Assembly (NCBI GenBank): GCA_038496445.1
Contig: JALMLS010000537.1
Coordinates: 1-64,000, forward strand
Source: Trichosphaerium sp. ATCC 40318
Lineage: Eukaryota > Protista > Tubulinea
Length of the DNA: 64,000 nt
Direction: 5' to 3'
A model generated the notes under the pieces. The model was not told the origin of the DNA. It worked only from the letters and a program-made list of their open reading frames with translations, and did not search any database. Positions within the stretch are counted from its first letter, which is position 1; each line of letters starts with the position of its first letter. Made by a program: the position numbers and the translations under genes. Below are positions 24,603-36,018 of this stretch, piece after piece.

Positions 24603-27600
24603 TTACATGTATACTATCACTACAGGAGCTTGTTCTTTTGGTTTGTTGAAGAACTGCATGCTAAAATCTTCTGTTTGTTGTGGAGTTCCATAGTATCGAT
24701 AAACACGAACGAATACTGCTACAGGCTCACGCAGTGGTTGAGTATGGAATAGTTTGAGTTGTACATCATAAGGCCCTGTAGGCGCGTTTCTGATCGTATA
24801 TTCTTGAGGACCATAACCTGTACAAAGGTTACACAACAACGATCTATTAAGTTTTTTTTCTTGTACCTTGCCGATCGTCTGACATAAGTCCGCCTGATCG
24901 TGTGTGGTTGTTAAAACTATAACATCTTTCACCTGAAGGCTCAATAACATGTAACTCTACATTGGCTAATGGATTATTCCACGTGATAACAACTCTTAAG
25001 TAACAATAAGTTAGTTTGATGTTTAATGTTTAAGAGTGTTCTTTTTATGAACATACCTCAAGTCGTATTGAAATGTTCTATTGCATATCGTATATAAAGA
25101 AGAGCTTATAGATTTCAGAAGATTTTCAGCCCTTATAATGCCCTCATGGTCATTACATGATGTCCTGAGTGAATGCATAATTCTGCACAAATCCTTTAAC
25201 GCAAATATCTCAATGTTGCCCTTAAAACGATCATCCCAGGTTGTTGTTAGCACTTTCCCAAGTAATTCTATACTCTCTAATATATCCTTGTCTTCGAAAG
25301 CAAGTGCAGCCTCCCTATAACATAGTAAGAAACCAAAAAAGAATATGGGAAAATAAGAAAAATATAGGAAAAAAAAAACCCTATAACGCTTCACGTACCA
25401 CAAGAGCTGAGGTTGCTCTCCACGAATTTTGATCATCTTTTTTAGTACTTGGCGTATCAAATCTTTAGATGCCGTTGCGTCTATGGTATACAGATACCAA
25501 ACAAAAAGACGATAATACTCAATGTTATCAATATCGTCTTCAATCTTTTTTGATATTAATAGTTTACCCAAACGTTTGTTGTTCTGTCCATAGTAAAATG
25601 CGTGATTGATGATTCTTTCTAAAGACACACCGTCTGCTTCAAACTCACTAATGTGGCATGGACTGTCTAATTTTCTTGTACGTTGAGATGATACTATGCC
25701 TTTCTTCTGCCTAAATTTAATAGAGTAAGAACTCGTTCAAATGCGACCTTGTTATCTTTGTTTTACCTTGAACCAACGCTAACTTGTCTCATCAATTCAT
25801 CTAATATAGAATAATCACATTCCTTGTCTTTTGATACATCATAATCCATGCTGTCCTCATCACTACTTGAAGAAGAAGAACTGCTTTCAGATAATAATTC
25901 GGAATCATCTGATTCATCTTCAGAGCTAGAATGCAGAACATATGATGTGTCTTTATCGTCATCTTCACGCTAAATAACATTAATAAAAGTGTTTACAACG
26001 TTTTAAACAAAAATTATACATAAGCACTCCTCCGTGAACGTCTAATTTCTCGAAGTGCAACAGAACCTGCAGTTGATAAGGAACTCCAATAATACAAAAG
26101 AATTTAATATGTACCAGGTCTAAATCTATGTGGTTTCCGTATTCCAGACTCCGATGTTGTAGTATTCGCGTCATCGCTTAAGATAATTTCACGTTCTGAC
26201 TGAGTGTTTTGTGGCTTGTATGCAGGTGCCTTAGATGTAGTCCATCCAGAAGTTTCTCTTCTAGATGATGGAATTGTCTTCACAGGTCCTTTGATTCCTT
26301 TACCCGCTCTGGGCGTCCACTGTAAATCTTCTTCATCACTTTCGCTTTCACTTTCATCACTTGAATCACTCAATATACGGCGGTGTCTCTTAGCAGGCTG
26401 TTTACCACCCAAACCTTTACCGCCTAAACCTTTTCCGCCTAATCCCTTACCGCCTAAACCTTTACCACCCAAACCTTTACCGCCTAATCCTTTACCGCCT
26501 AATCCTTTACCACCTAATCCTTTTCCTTTTTTTTCTTAGAACATTTTATAGTGTATCCAAATAAAGGTACCTCCAAGGCCACTGAAAGATCCATATTGGC
26601 CGATTTGTTTTTTTCTAGCTTTAGCAGGTTGAATTTCCTCTTCTTTCTGCTCTACAATCACTTTTAATCTGTCTAATGAGTCCAAATTTTTATCCCTTGC
26701 TCGTCGTTTTGCTTTTTTCCCTTTTACATTTTTAAGACGCTCTCTAGCTTCTGTTAACATTTCAGCCTCTTCATCGTCATCATCCATTGCATCCTAAAAA
26801 ATAATTAGAAAAAAACAGCTAGCTGATGAAGCTGTGAGAGTAGGGTCACAAGAAAGTATACTTTGAGGTACAGCTAAGATTTTGGATTTTTAATACCTCA
26901 GACTGTTGCATGTGGTCATTTACCGAGCTTGCTTGGTTTTTGGCGTTCTGAAAAAAAGCTCCTTTGTGGTAGTACTTCTGCAAAAACTTGACGCTACTTT
27001 TTTCTGATAGTTTTCTGACTTGTGCTCTTTCTTCTTGCAAACTTTGGTTCGTTAGGGCTGCTCTCTAAGCGTATTATGATAAGCTTGTTGAATAATAACA
27101 TAGTATTCATAGTAAGTACTTACTGTCATACTCCCTTCTGGATTTTTTACAACTACACAAAGAGCTCAGAATGAATGCACATGAATTTAAAAAAAAAACT
27201 TAAGAGTTTGATTTTTGTTTCTTGTAAGACTGTTTTTAGTCTGACCTCTGGTGGTATATAGTATTCATCGCAAAATGTATTGTTCTTGTTGCTTTGCAAA
27301 TTCAACGTACTTTTAAGTTTCCTTGTATTCTTATGTTGCTCTAGCTCATTGGAATCATCACTAACGCTTGGTGATGAGATTATAGAATCACTATCGTAAC
27401 CGCCCATCACACAAACATCCATAAAGTCGTCATCCGGCAACTCAAGCTTTGATGCTTCCTCTACTAGCTTTTCCATTTTTTCCAGATCATCAGGCATTAT
27501 ACTTATCTCTGGAGGCATTAGTGTACAGTCTGTTATGTCAATATCAATTGGTTCTTTCATATCTGATGAGAGTATTGGTGCAGGCTCATTCACAACACAT

Positions 27601-30600
27601 GTTGAATTATAACTTGTTATACTTTTTGTGCCTTCGCTTACAGCGTGTTTTGCAAGTTCTCCTGGAAGCACTATCCTTGTTGCGTCTTGTATATGTCTAG
27701 CTGATATAACAGATTTGTTGTGGTAGTTTGAAACATTTCTGGCTTCATTTGTGATGCGATTGAAAAGGTCATTAACAAAACCGTTCATCAAGTTTATCGC
27801 TTTGTTTGAAATTTCGCTGCCTGGATGAACTTGATGGAGTACTTTGTATATGCGCTTAGTAAAATCTATATCGCTGGTATTTTGGCCATTCGAAAAGGTA
27901 GTGATAGACATGTCATCAGTATCTGTAGGTTCTGGAAGAAGAAACTGTTCAGAATTTTTTGGAAATGTTGATTTGTTTCGTTTTCTACTTGGATATGTCT
28001 CTTGCGTTCTCTTACGTTTGTAGGATCTTGTATTACTTTGATATTGATTCTGATACATGTAATAAGTGTCGTTATAAGTGTCTTCGAAATCAGCAAACTG
28101 CAAAACCTACAAACTTGTAAGACTTCAAGTTTAGCGACTTATTGTTACAAGCAACTTTCTACTTACTTGTCTATTCTTTGATAAAGAGGACGTCTCATAG
28201 AACTTTAAGTGCATATTATATATATCTTGTATTGATAACCATCTTAAAGCTTTAATTGTCTCTGGAGTATCAGTTCTTTTAGACACAACTTCATAATACG
28301 AGGCTCTAAAAATACCAAGCAGTCAGATATGTAACGGCAATGTTGTCACGTACCTCATTTCAGGCATACTCTCAGGAGGAGGTATGCTGTACTTTAAATA
28401 ACTATCAAGGGATTCAAGAACAATCATTGACGTGTATGGTGTAACAAGAGAGTATCGTTTACCAACATCTTTTATACTTGTCTAAAAAACCGAATCAATC
28501 TAACTGGCACTACAAACAAATGCTACCTGAACATCATCGCCATCTCCTCGCATCTTCAGCTCGTCAATCTTCATCTTTGCCCACGTCTTAGAAAGAAGAT
28601 CACCATTATTACTTTCAACAGCGTCTGATAATCGTATCGTGGTTGTATGCATAATATTTCCTGGAGACCCATAATGAAGAATTATGTTTGAGTCCTTCTT
28701 AACAGAATTCATGTCAATCTTCGCAGCTATGTTGAACTGGCTTGCTGCTAATGGCGTTGCAGTTGAAGGAAGCACTATAAATGTTTAGATTAGATTTTAA
28801 CACGTCATAGAATGCTTTTACAAGTCACGTGCGTTCAGATATAAAGTTATCATCGCATTGAGCATACAAGAACGAAAGTGCTTGTACGGAACCAGTCATA
28901 TCTTTTATAATGTTCTCAATAATGCCAGACTTTTTTCGAATAAATTCAAAATCATGTCGTTTGTCTTTGTCACCTTCTTTTGGCATATCATAGAACTTTC
29001 CTCCACTCTTCTTTGCCCACATTTTTAATAGAGTTGTGTTTCTCTTTATTGAGTTGTTGAATACATAAACAGGCCTGGTGAATCGAGGCGGCAGGTGAAA
29101 ATCATCACCAAGTGTATTCAGCCCGTCAGTAACAAGTATAAATACACTGTATGGTGTATCCACATTAGACAATATAGGATCCAAACACGCTAGATTTGTA
29201 GCACCAATACGATGAAAAGAACCTCGGACGGACTAACAACGTAATTATGCAAACGTCAACAAAAAAAAAAAATTTCTTATTTTTTTCTGGAATATTACTC
29301 CAAGTGTTGGCGCAAAAATGTTGCACTGGTAATGGTAGGTACAAAGAGAAAAAGGAAGAAATATTGTAGCGTACATCAACGAGACTTGCGTGGTATTTGT
29401 AAGTCCGCTTTTCAGCGTCTATATCAAACGTATACAAGTCTAGACTACCTTCATAACCATAATTTGCTAAAACTCCTTCAATGATACCAGTGAACTGTTC
29501 AGTGACTGTAGCGCTTCCTGATACATCCCATAATACGCATACTTTACCTCTTTTCTTCTCTTTGTTCGTTCTATATTGCATAGAAGGTATAATATCTTGA
29601 TAGAATAAATGACATTGACTTGACTTCCTGGATCCACTGTTGATCACTGTGTTGCAACTTTTGTCAGGTTTTGTTTGTACGTATTTACTAGCAGTTACTT
29701 ACTTGATATTTGGCATACAGGAGAAGCACAAGAAAATAATCGAACTGTAATTGAAGAAATCGCATTGCTTTTTTGTTTTGAATAATCACAAACATAAGCA
29801 TCTCCTGTGTTTTGAAATTGAAGTAATCCTCCACCAGATACAGACATTTCAGGAGGTTTAAATATTGCACCGAATACCTTTGTTTTTATAAATACGTCGC
29901 TGGAATTCCCAGAGCGTAATGGTAAATGAAACTCAGCTTGGTTGTAATCTTTATTTTCTATTGCAAAAAAAAAAGGTCAGCAAAACGGGAGCTACAAGAA
30001 ATGAACAAAATGGCTTCCACGTGCCTTTTATAAATCTTAGGATTTGCCCTATGGTTACTCGTATCTTCCTTTGTGTACCACGCTTAAAATTATTCATACT
30101 TGTTTTAAACACGTTGCCAACAACATTTTGAACAATCGAGGCTTGTTTTTTTTGAAAGGATTGAGTTTCTTGCTCGAAAACTTTTCTGGCTTTCTCTTTA
30201 TCAACTACAACTGCTTCTACCATGACGTTGTTTATTTCTATGGCGTATTTGGAAACGAAAGCATCTATACAAAGAAGATTAAGCGCGAGAGTTCGTAGGG
30301 CGTTAAAACAATCTTTTAACGCATGGGAGCATCGTTGCAAAGAGTTTTAAGTCACGATTACGCGTTTTGGAGCATGTAAACTTTAAACCGTCTGTTACGC
30401 ACCTTCACCCAACGGAAACTCAAATTCAGCCTCTGTTACGTCATATTCTTCGTTATTCTCAAATATTATCTCCAGTTTGGTTTCTTAGGACAATTTGAAT
30501 ATTAATTTTGTACAAGCTAAGGCTCACCTGCAAGCGCATCATGTATGTCAATCTGTACATTAAATGAAACAGCAGGGATTGACTTTCTCGTTGCTTTATC

Positions 30601-30624
30601 TATGAGTGCTATTGACGCATCCAT
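24603..30624 (-). CDS. VIT - vWA - [histone/spliceosome mosaic insert] - TPR-like - DUF2135 protein (multi-exon)
   Basis: VIT: VQIDIHDALAETKLEIIFEN…EAEFEFPL…AFVSKYAIEINNVMVEAVVVDKEKARKVFEQE. vWA with MIDAS: VLWDVSGS, GATN, LVTDG. ITI-like C-terminus: WAKMKIDEL…GKRYSLVTPYTSMIVLE. TPR-like: RGEQPQLL…WDDRFKGNIEIFAL. DUF2135: LRVVITWNNPLANVELHVIEPSGERCY…GYGPQEYTIRNAPTGPYDV. Confidence 0.85.
26365..26526 (-). repeat. 15-bp coding tandem repeat (GGKGL)x7, histone H4 tail-like, ending GGKQPAKRHRRILSD
   Basis: GKGL(GGKGL)7GGKQPAKRHRRILSD versus H4 [21 protein letters not shown]. The repeat units differ only at synonymous positions. Confidence 0.9.
27603..27863 (-). other. Histone H2B-fold module embedded in the VIT gene
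   Basis: IYKVLHQVHPGSEISNKAINLMNGFVNDLFNRITNEA…IQDATRIVLPGELAKHAVSEGTK is about 55% identical to canonical H2B by hand alignment to the remembered sequence. It is in frame with the upstream VIT-gene exon (…KNRQ|VLQFAD). Confidence 0.9.
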
Positions 30625-30673
30625 CAAGCGAGTATAGAGACGTGTAGTTTGACCGTTTAACTGCTTTATTATT

Positions 30674-31642
30674 ATGAATGAACGTCAGAACAGCCTTGAC
30701 TTAACGCAACTACTTAAGTCTTCAGTGTCTTGTCGTTTGACAAATATTGACAACGTGATTAGTGCCGTCACTATGGGTAAGACTAATACCAAACTTCAAA
30801 TATCCACTACACAAGTTCAAAACTCACCTTCAGTGATAGCAAATCATTCAAGTAAGGCTAGTTCGAAACTAGCCGAGAATCAAACTTGTCTACTACAAGA
30901 GCTTCCACCAGAGACATTAACAGAAATTCTAAGCTACTCGTCCAAAAGAGAGCGTACTAGACAGTCTACAGTCTCTCACCTATTCAATAACATCATTCGC
31001 CACAATATCGGTTTGGGTCACCTTTACCTGAATAAACGTGGTCGCAATACAAACTTTGAACCAATCAAAGGAAGTCCTTTACTGAAGAACACTAAGATTT
31101 ACTGTAGTGGTTTAAATCTATCTGGAGATGAGTTATCTTGTCTATATGGTGTTCATACTATAGATTTACAATCTGCAACAATAACAGATGGAGGTGTCAT
31201 TGCGTTAGTTCAAGGAGGAAAACATAAAATTCATACTATTAATTTACAAGAAACAGATATTACAGATTTTTCTTTAAGGGCACTGAAGGGAGTACATACA
31301 ATCAATGTCAAGTTTTGCTACTATATTACAGAAGAAGGATTAGAGGCTTTGAGAGACACATATGAAATTTCAATCAGTCATCCTAAAGATAAGTGGCTTA
31401 AACATCTTGCCGATGTACATAGTGTTCATATTTATGATGGTCTTAAAATTACAGATCATGGAATCAAATTATTGGTAAATGTTAAGCGTTTACACCTATC
31501 TGAATGCAACACAATAACCGCCTCAGGATTGAAGGAATTGGTGAATCTAGAATATCTTTACATTGAGCGATGTGATTTAATAACGAAGTCCTGTTTGGAA
31601 GATATGAAATTTCTCAAATGGGTTAAAGTCAAAGGGAGATAG
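30674..31642 (+). CDS. Intronless F-box-like + LRR protein (intact member of the GVHTINL family)
   Basis: 322-aa ORF with LLQELPPETLTEILSY followed by GVHTIDL/IHTINL/GVHTINV repeats. The start may be the ATG at 30773. Confidence 0.8.
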   Translation: MNERQNSLDLTQLLKSSVSCRLTNIDNVISAVTMGKTNTKLQISTTQVQNSPSVIANHSSKASSKLAENQTCLLQELPPETLTEILSYSSKRERTRQSTVSHLFNNIIRHNIGLGHLYLNKRGRNTNFEPIKGSPLLKNTKIYCSGLNLSGDELSCLYGVHTIDLQSATITDGGVIALVQGGKHKIHTINLQETDITDFSLRALKGVHTINVKFCYYITEEGLEALRDTYEISISHPKDKWLKHLADVHSVHIYDGLKITDHGIKLLVNVKRLHLSECNTITASGLKELVNLEYLYIERCDLITKSCLEDMKFLKWVKVKGR

Positions 31643-31783
31643 TAATTACAAAACAATGTGTTGAGGCCTTGGTACAACTTGGGCTATATTTAGTACAGAA
31701 ATTTACAAGCACTATGTTATAGACCATCCCAACACTGAGGTTGGCGAGCAACAAGTACAAGAGTAGTAACATAAAATAACTGT

Positions 31784-33150
31784 TTATTTGTCAGTCTTAA
31801 TGTCAAGCCAAGGCAATATATTCTTTAATGGTTCGCCTGTCTTACTGTGCTTATATGATTCAAAGAATTCTTTAATCATGGAATCCTTGTACCTCAAGCT
31901 GAAGTGTATCAATACAAAAAATGTATCGGGATTTTGTTCTACAGTAGGAGCTAAATCAGTCCAACACATGTGCTTTTTAGAGTCAGCTTTTTCTTTTTTA
32001 TCGTCTTCCAAAAAACTACATTCTACAATAACAACAGGAAACTTTAGTAGCTCTGGATAATCCTAATTGTAAATGATTAAAGGTGTGGAGTATGCATATG
32101 TTTGTGTCGTACAACAAAAACTTGGTGAGTTGTGTCTCCAAGGTATACAAAATTAGGAGTTTTAACAATATGTGATATCTCAACACCTGATTTTCTCAAA
32201 GCGCCTATCTCCTTCCCAGGTAGCCCTTTGTATTCGTCTTTAAGTTTTTTAGTATTCTTATAAAACGCATATCCAACACAAGGTACTGAGTGAGTACACT
32301 TAATGACTTTGCAAGAATATCCTTCTTTCTTGAGTTCAATTTCATCTCCGGCTTCAACCTATTCAAAAAAATGAGCCTTTTCAATGACAATAAACTTCTA
32401 GATTCCTAAAAGCGTCATGTCTTACCGCTACCAAGTCATACTTGCAGTAATGGTCTGAAGTAGGATCCATTGATCTTCCGTCATTTAATTCAGTTGTTGC
32501 AATAATGAACTTATCCAAGAATCCAATAGACTCTTTAGGCATATAGAAAACAACATCCCATCGATGTGTTAACATTTGAGGAGAAAAAAAGCAATGATCT
32601 TGATGACTTAAAACAAAAGCGTAAGCGGGAGTACTGCTGGTAAGAGATGTTTTTGCAAAATAGGCTCATCACCACGTGGTTGGAACAACTGTTCGCAGTC
32701 TACCACTATGTGTAGCCGTAAAATATCTCCTTTAGTTGGAAAGGTGTTTCAAATATTTCTGGAACACGTCTGATCTTTGTTCACACGTATGCAAAACGAT
32801 TCTTTGAAAAAGTAACTTTTTTTCAGAGTTACGAAATAAAAATGAAAAAACAGCTTATTTATCATACCAGTGAGTGATAAATACGCGTTTAGGCTTCTGG
32901 CAATCTAATTCTCCAGCGTCTAGGAACCATTTGACTTCAATAAACAGTAAGTATCTATAGAAGCCCTTATTACCTGATTTACTACGCGAAAACATGCTGT
33001 AGGCCTCATCAACTTGTCTTAAAAGAGAAAACAGTAACATTATGCCGTACGCTCTTTAACGAAGAAAGCAGTACGTTCTGCTGCTTTAGAATGACCATGG
33101 AATGTTAATCCGCACTTATTCAAACGCTGTGTGCGCCACTGCGTTGTCAT
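31784..33150 (-). CDS. Short-form (TM-type) tRNase Z / metallo-beta-lactamase-fold nuclease
   Basis: Spliced: GHSKAAERTAFFVKELKWFLDAG…VFITHCHQDH (HxHxDH split by an intron)…CTHSVPCVGY…KKLKDEYKGLPGKEIGALRKSG…YLGDT…IVECSFL…KHMCW…LIHFSLRY. Confidence 0.85.
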
Positions 33151-33639
33151 TTCGAGTTTTTTTGATTTGGTATTAGAATTGTAATGTCAACATTTTTCGC
33201 ATGTTCATTGAACTTATGGCAACGCCTCAACATCGATATTCAGCTACGTTGTTCAGATGCTGTATTTCGAAGAATGAGCGTAGCATGTCATGTCAAAAAA
33301 TTTTGGTCTTGTACCGCACGTGAAAAAACAAGCAAATGGCGCAAAAAGAAGCAACTTGTTTGTATGGGAACACAATAAAACTTGGCGACTACAAGTAATG
33401 GCATAACCACAGGTAATTGATCTAGCACGGAACTGGTAAAAATAAGAAGAGCTGACAACAGACAATTGAACACTCCAATCAAGTCAATGGTAAACACATC
33501 AAAAGTGAACTCAATAATAATAACAGCTGATACATCCTAGTGAAAAAAAGAAGTAATAACGCATTTTGGGTACTGTCAATTATCAAGTGATTCTTTTCGA
33601 ACTAAAAGTGTATAATATTGTTAAAGGTACAAGGTTGAC

Positions 33640-35110
33640 TTATTGAAAAGTAAGTTCGCAAGCTAAGCCAAAGTGGTCACTAAAGAGAGCTCATTAATAT
33701 TATATTGTACAAATAATAGTAAAACTTACCTAGGGAATACTGGGCTAGTGTCTGAACCTTGCGATGATATAGGGCTATCTCCAAGTAACTTAATCATTGT
33801 AGGTTTCCATTTGGATGACCTGGATAAATGTATAGGTACTTGTCATCAGGTAAGATATGAGTACCTTGTAACAACTCTGTCGTATCTCATATGTTCGTCT
33901 CTGTGATCTTTTAACATTGTATTGGCTGTAGTATCAAACGTCCAGCCTTTGGTGTCATGTAACAAAGGCCAAACATCTTTCCAATCTTTTAATATATCTA
34001 CCATGGTATCGTTCTCTAATGGAGTCTCGTCTATGTTAAAATTCCTCGTCTGTTTGGGAGTGTCAATGTCAACATTTAAATCAAAGGTAGATAAATACAT
34101 ACCGAGTCAAAGTTAAAATCACCGGTTAGTAGCACGTGATCAAATTGTTTTAGGTGAGCTTTAATATTCCTTAGTTGTGCTGAACGGAAATGCGCTGAAG
34201 CAAGACTCTCTAAATGTACTGTACTTACAGCAATCTATGTCAAAGAATAAGCTTAGGACCAACAACTTTGTCGACATATGTTATGCCCGTACTTTAGTGT
34301 TGTTTACTGTCACATCAGCTACAAGTAGATCTCGTTCCATACGTGAAGGCAATACCAAATTCCGTAAATTATACATGGGATGCTTTGAGAGCAATACAAC
34401 GCCATAATGACCAACTGTACTACCATCAATATCTGATACATAATAATCACTTTTGACCCATGCGGCTTTGACCATAAATGGTATAAACCTTCTCGTTACT
34501 ACAGCAAACCTTAGGACAAGTTTGTCGATGACGGCCAGAAGAATGGAAGCCCGGAGTTCAGTGGTTTAAGTACCTTCTTGTAGGCATATAAAATCGGCAT
34601 TTTCCTTCTCTAGTATGTCCAATAATGCTTTAGCACGCTCGTTAAAGCTGTAATTATCAAACCAAACCTATGAGTATATGTTAGGGCGTTGATAGAGATC
34701 GGAAAAGAGCAGTAGTCGCACGTTGTATGTTATTATTTTTAGTTTGGTTTGATTCTTGTTTAGTTGTGCGTTTTGGTTCTCTATATGCACGTTAGAGCAA
34801 AGTATAGGTCGAACTAGTACGTTTTGGTGTAAAAGAAGTCCAAGTATTATCTACGAACTTGTAGGCTGCCAAAGGGCGAACTTTAGATTGGTAGCTAACA
34901 TCTACGAGGTTTTAGCGCCGTTTTTGGTAGTTTGCGTTATTCAGTACCGAAACGATTAGTTGCGTTTACGTTTACACTTGGTTTGTTTCCCATGCCTGTT
35001 ATTGGTGTGTTTGGGTCTATTCTAAATGTACGCTTGCGTACAACCGTTTCTGTTGGTTTGAGCGCTACCTTATTGAATCCTTGAACGCCTGCCAGCAAGT
35101 TGCTCCTCAT
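33640..35110 (-). CDS. Endonuclease/exonuclease/phosphatase (TDP2-like) with an N-terminal WH2/thymosin-like motif
   Basis: ITYN|VWFD, DFICLQE|V, TVHLES, LTGDFNF, GWTFD, RYDRV and SDHFGL. The N-terminus reads MRSNLLAGVQGFNKVALKPTETVVRK. Confidence 0.85.
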
Positions 35111-36018
35111 GTACTTTATGTGAAAAATAACTTCAGCTGATTGTCTGAATAAGACCTCCAGCTTGGAATTTCGCCGAAAAAATACAATGGACTTTTTTCC
35201 GTTTTCAGAAAAAGTTGCACGTAGAGCTTCTTCTGTTTAGCAGGTTAATAAATTGTTTACCTTTATCATGTCATCTGATTCCTAGCTGCTAGCGTTTTGG
35301 GCAGCATGGCTTCTCAGTGTCAAAAATTTTGAATAGAGATTTCGAGAATCTTTCCGCTTACTCTTCTCAGAACCGTTTTTCATTTCTCTTGTTATTGTGC
35401 GACGCACCCATGATGCTATACTTGTAGGTAAAGAAAAATTTGTGATTTGTTGGCACTGTAATGAGGAAAAGGTACTGGCGTCAATGCATTTCTGAAACTG
35501 CCTTAAAAGCTGTGGTGACCCTTATATATAAGTTAGCAATGTAAGTAGATTCACACGGGCTCTTTAGAATAATACAATAGAAATTTGGTGTAGAGCCATC
35601 TTGTTGTAGCGTTTGTAGAACTCTACACCGATTTTTACAAGTCAATTTTGTCAGCATATCTTGAAACGATTTTTACATTTTTAACTCACATTCACGTCAA
35701 ACATCATTTGACGTTCTTTCTCAATGTGCTCTATGAGGACGCATCACAGGGGTGCATACTCCAGCAAAGCGCCACTTGTACCCAAACCATCGCGAAAAAC
35801 TAAAAGCAGTTGTTTTAGGAAACCTATTGAATCTAAGAAATTATACGTTTCAAGTTTTCAAAAAATCACTTTTGACACGGCCAATACGTTGTAATTTTTT
35901 ATTGTTGTACAAGGGTTGTTTTCAAAAGTTGTCGGGTAGTTGGTTTTGAAAACTTGTTTTCTTTTGTTTGTACCAAGAAAACGGATTAGAGCATGACTTT
36001 CTTAAAAATCAAATAACA

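Noticed and set aside
26204-26539. Plus-strand ORF with LPPKP/LPPNP repeats
   Set aside because: It is the antisense shadow of the (GGKGL)n exon. Variation is synonymous on the minus strand but non-synonymous on the plus strand.
27153-28103. Stand-alone histone H2B gene
   Set aside because: The ORF begins at a splice acceptor, is in frame with upstream VIT-gene exons, and is too diverged and extended for a canonical H2B.
32205-33040. Apparent frameshifted pseudogene
   Set aside because: It resolves into an intact tRNase Z-like gene once introns are placed (HCHQDH motif split by an intron).
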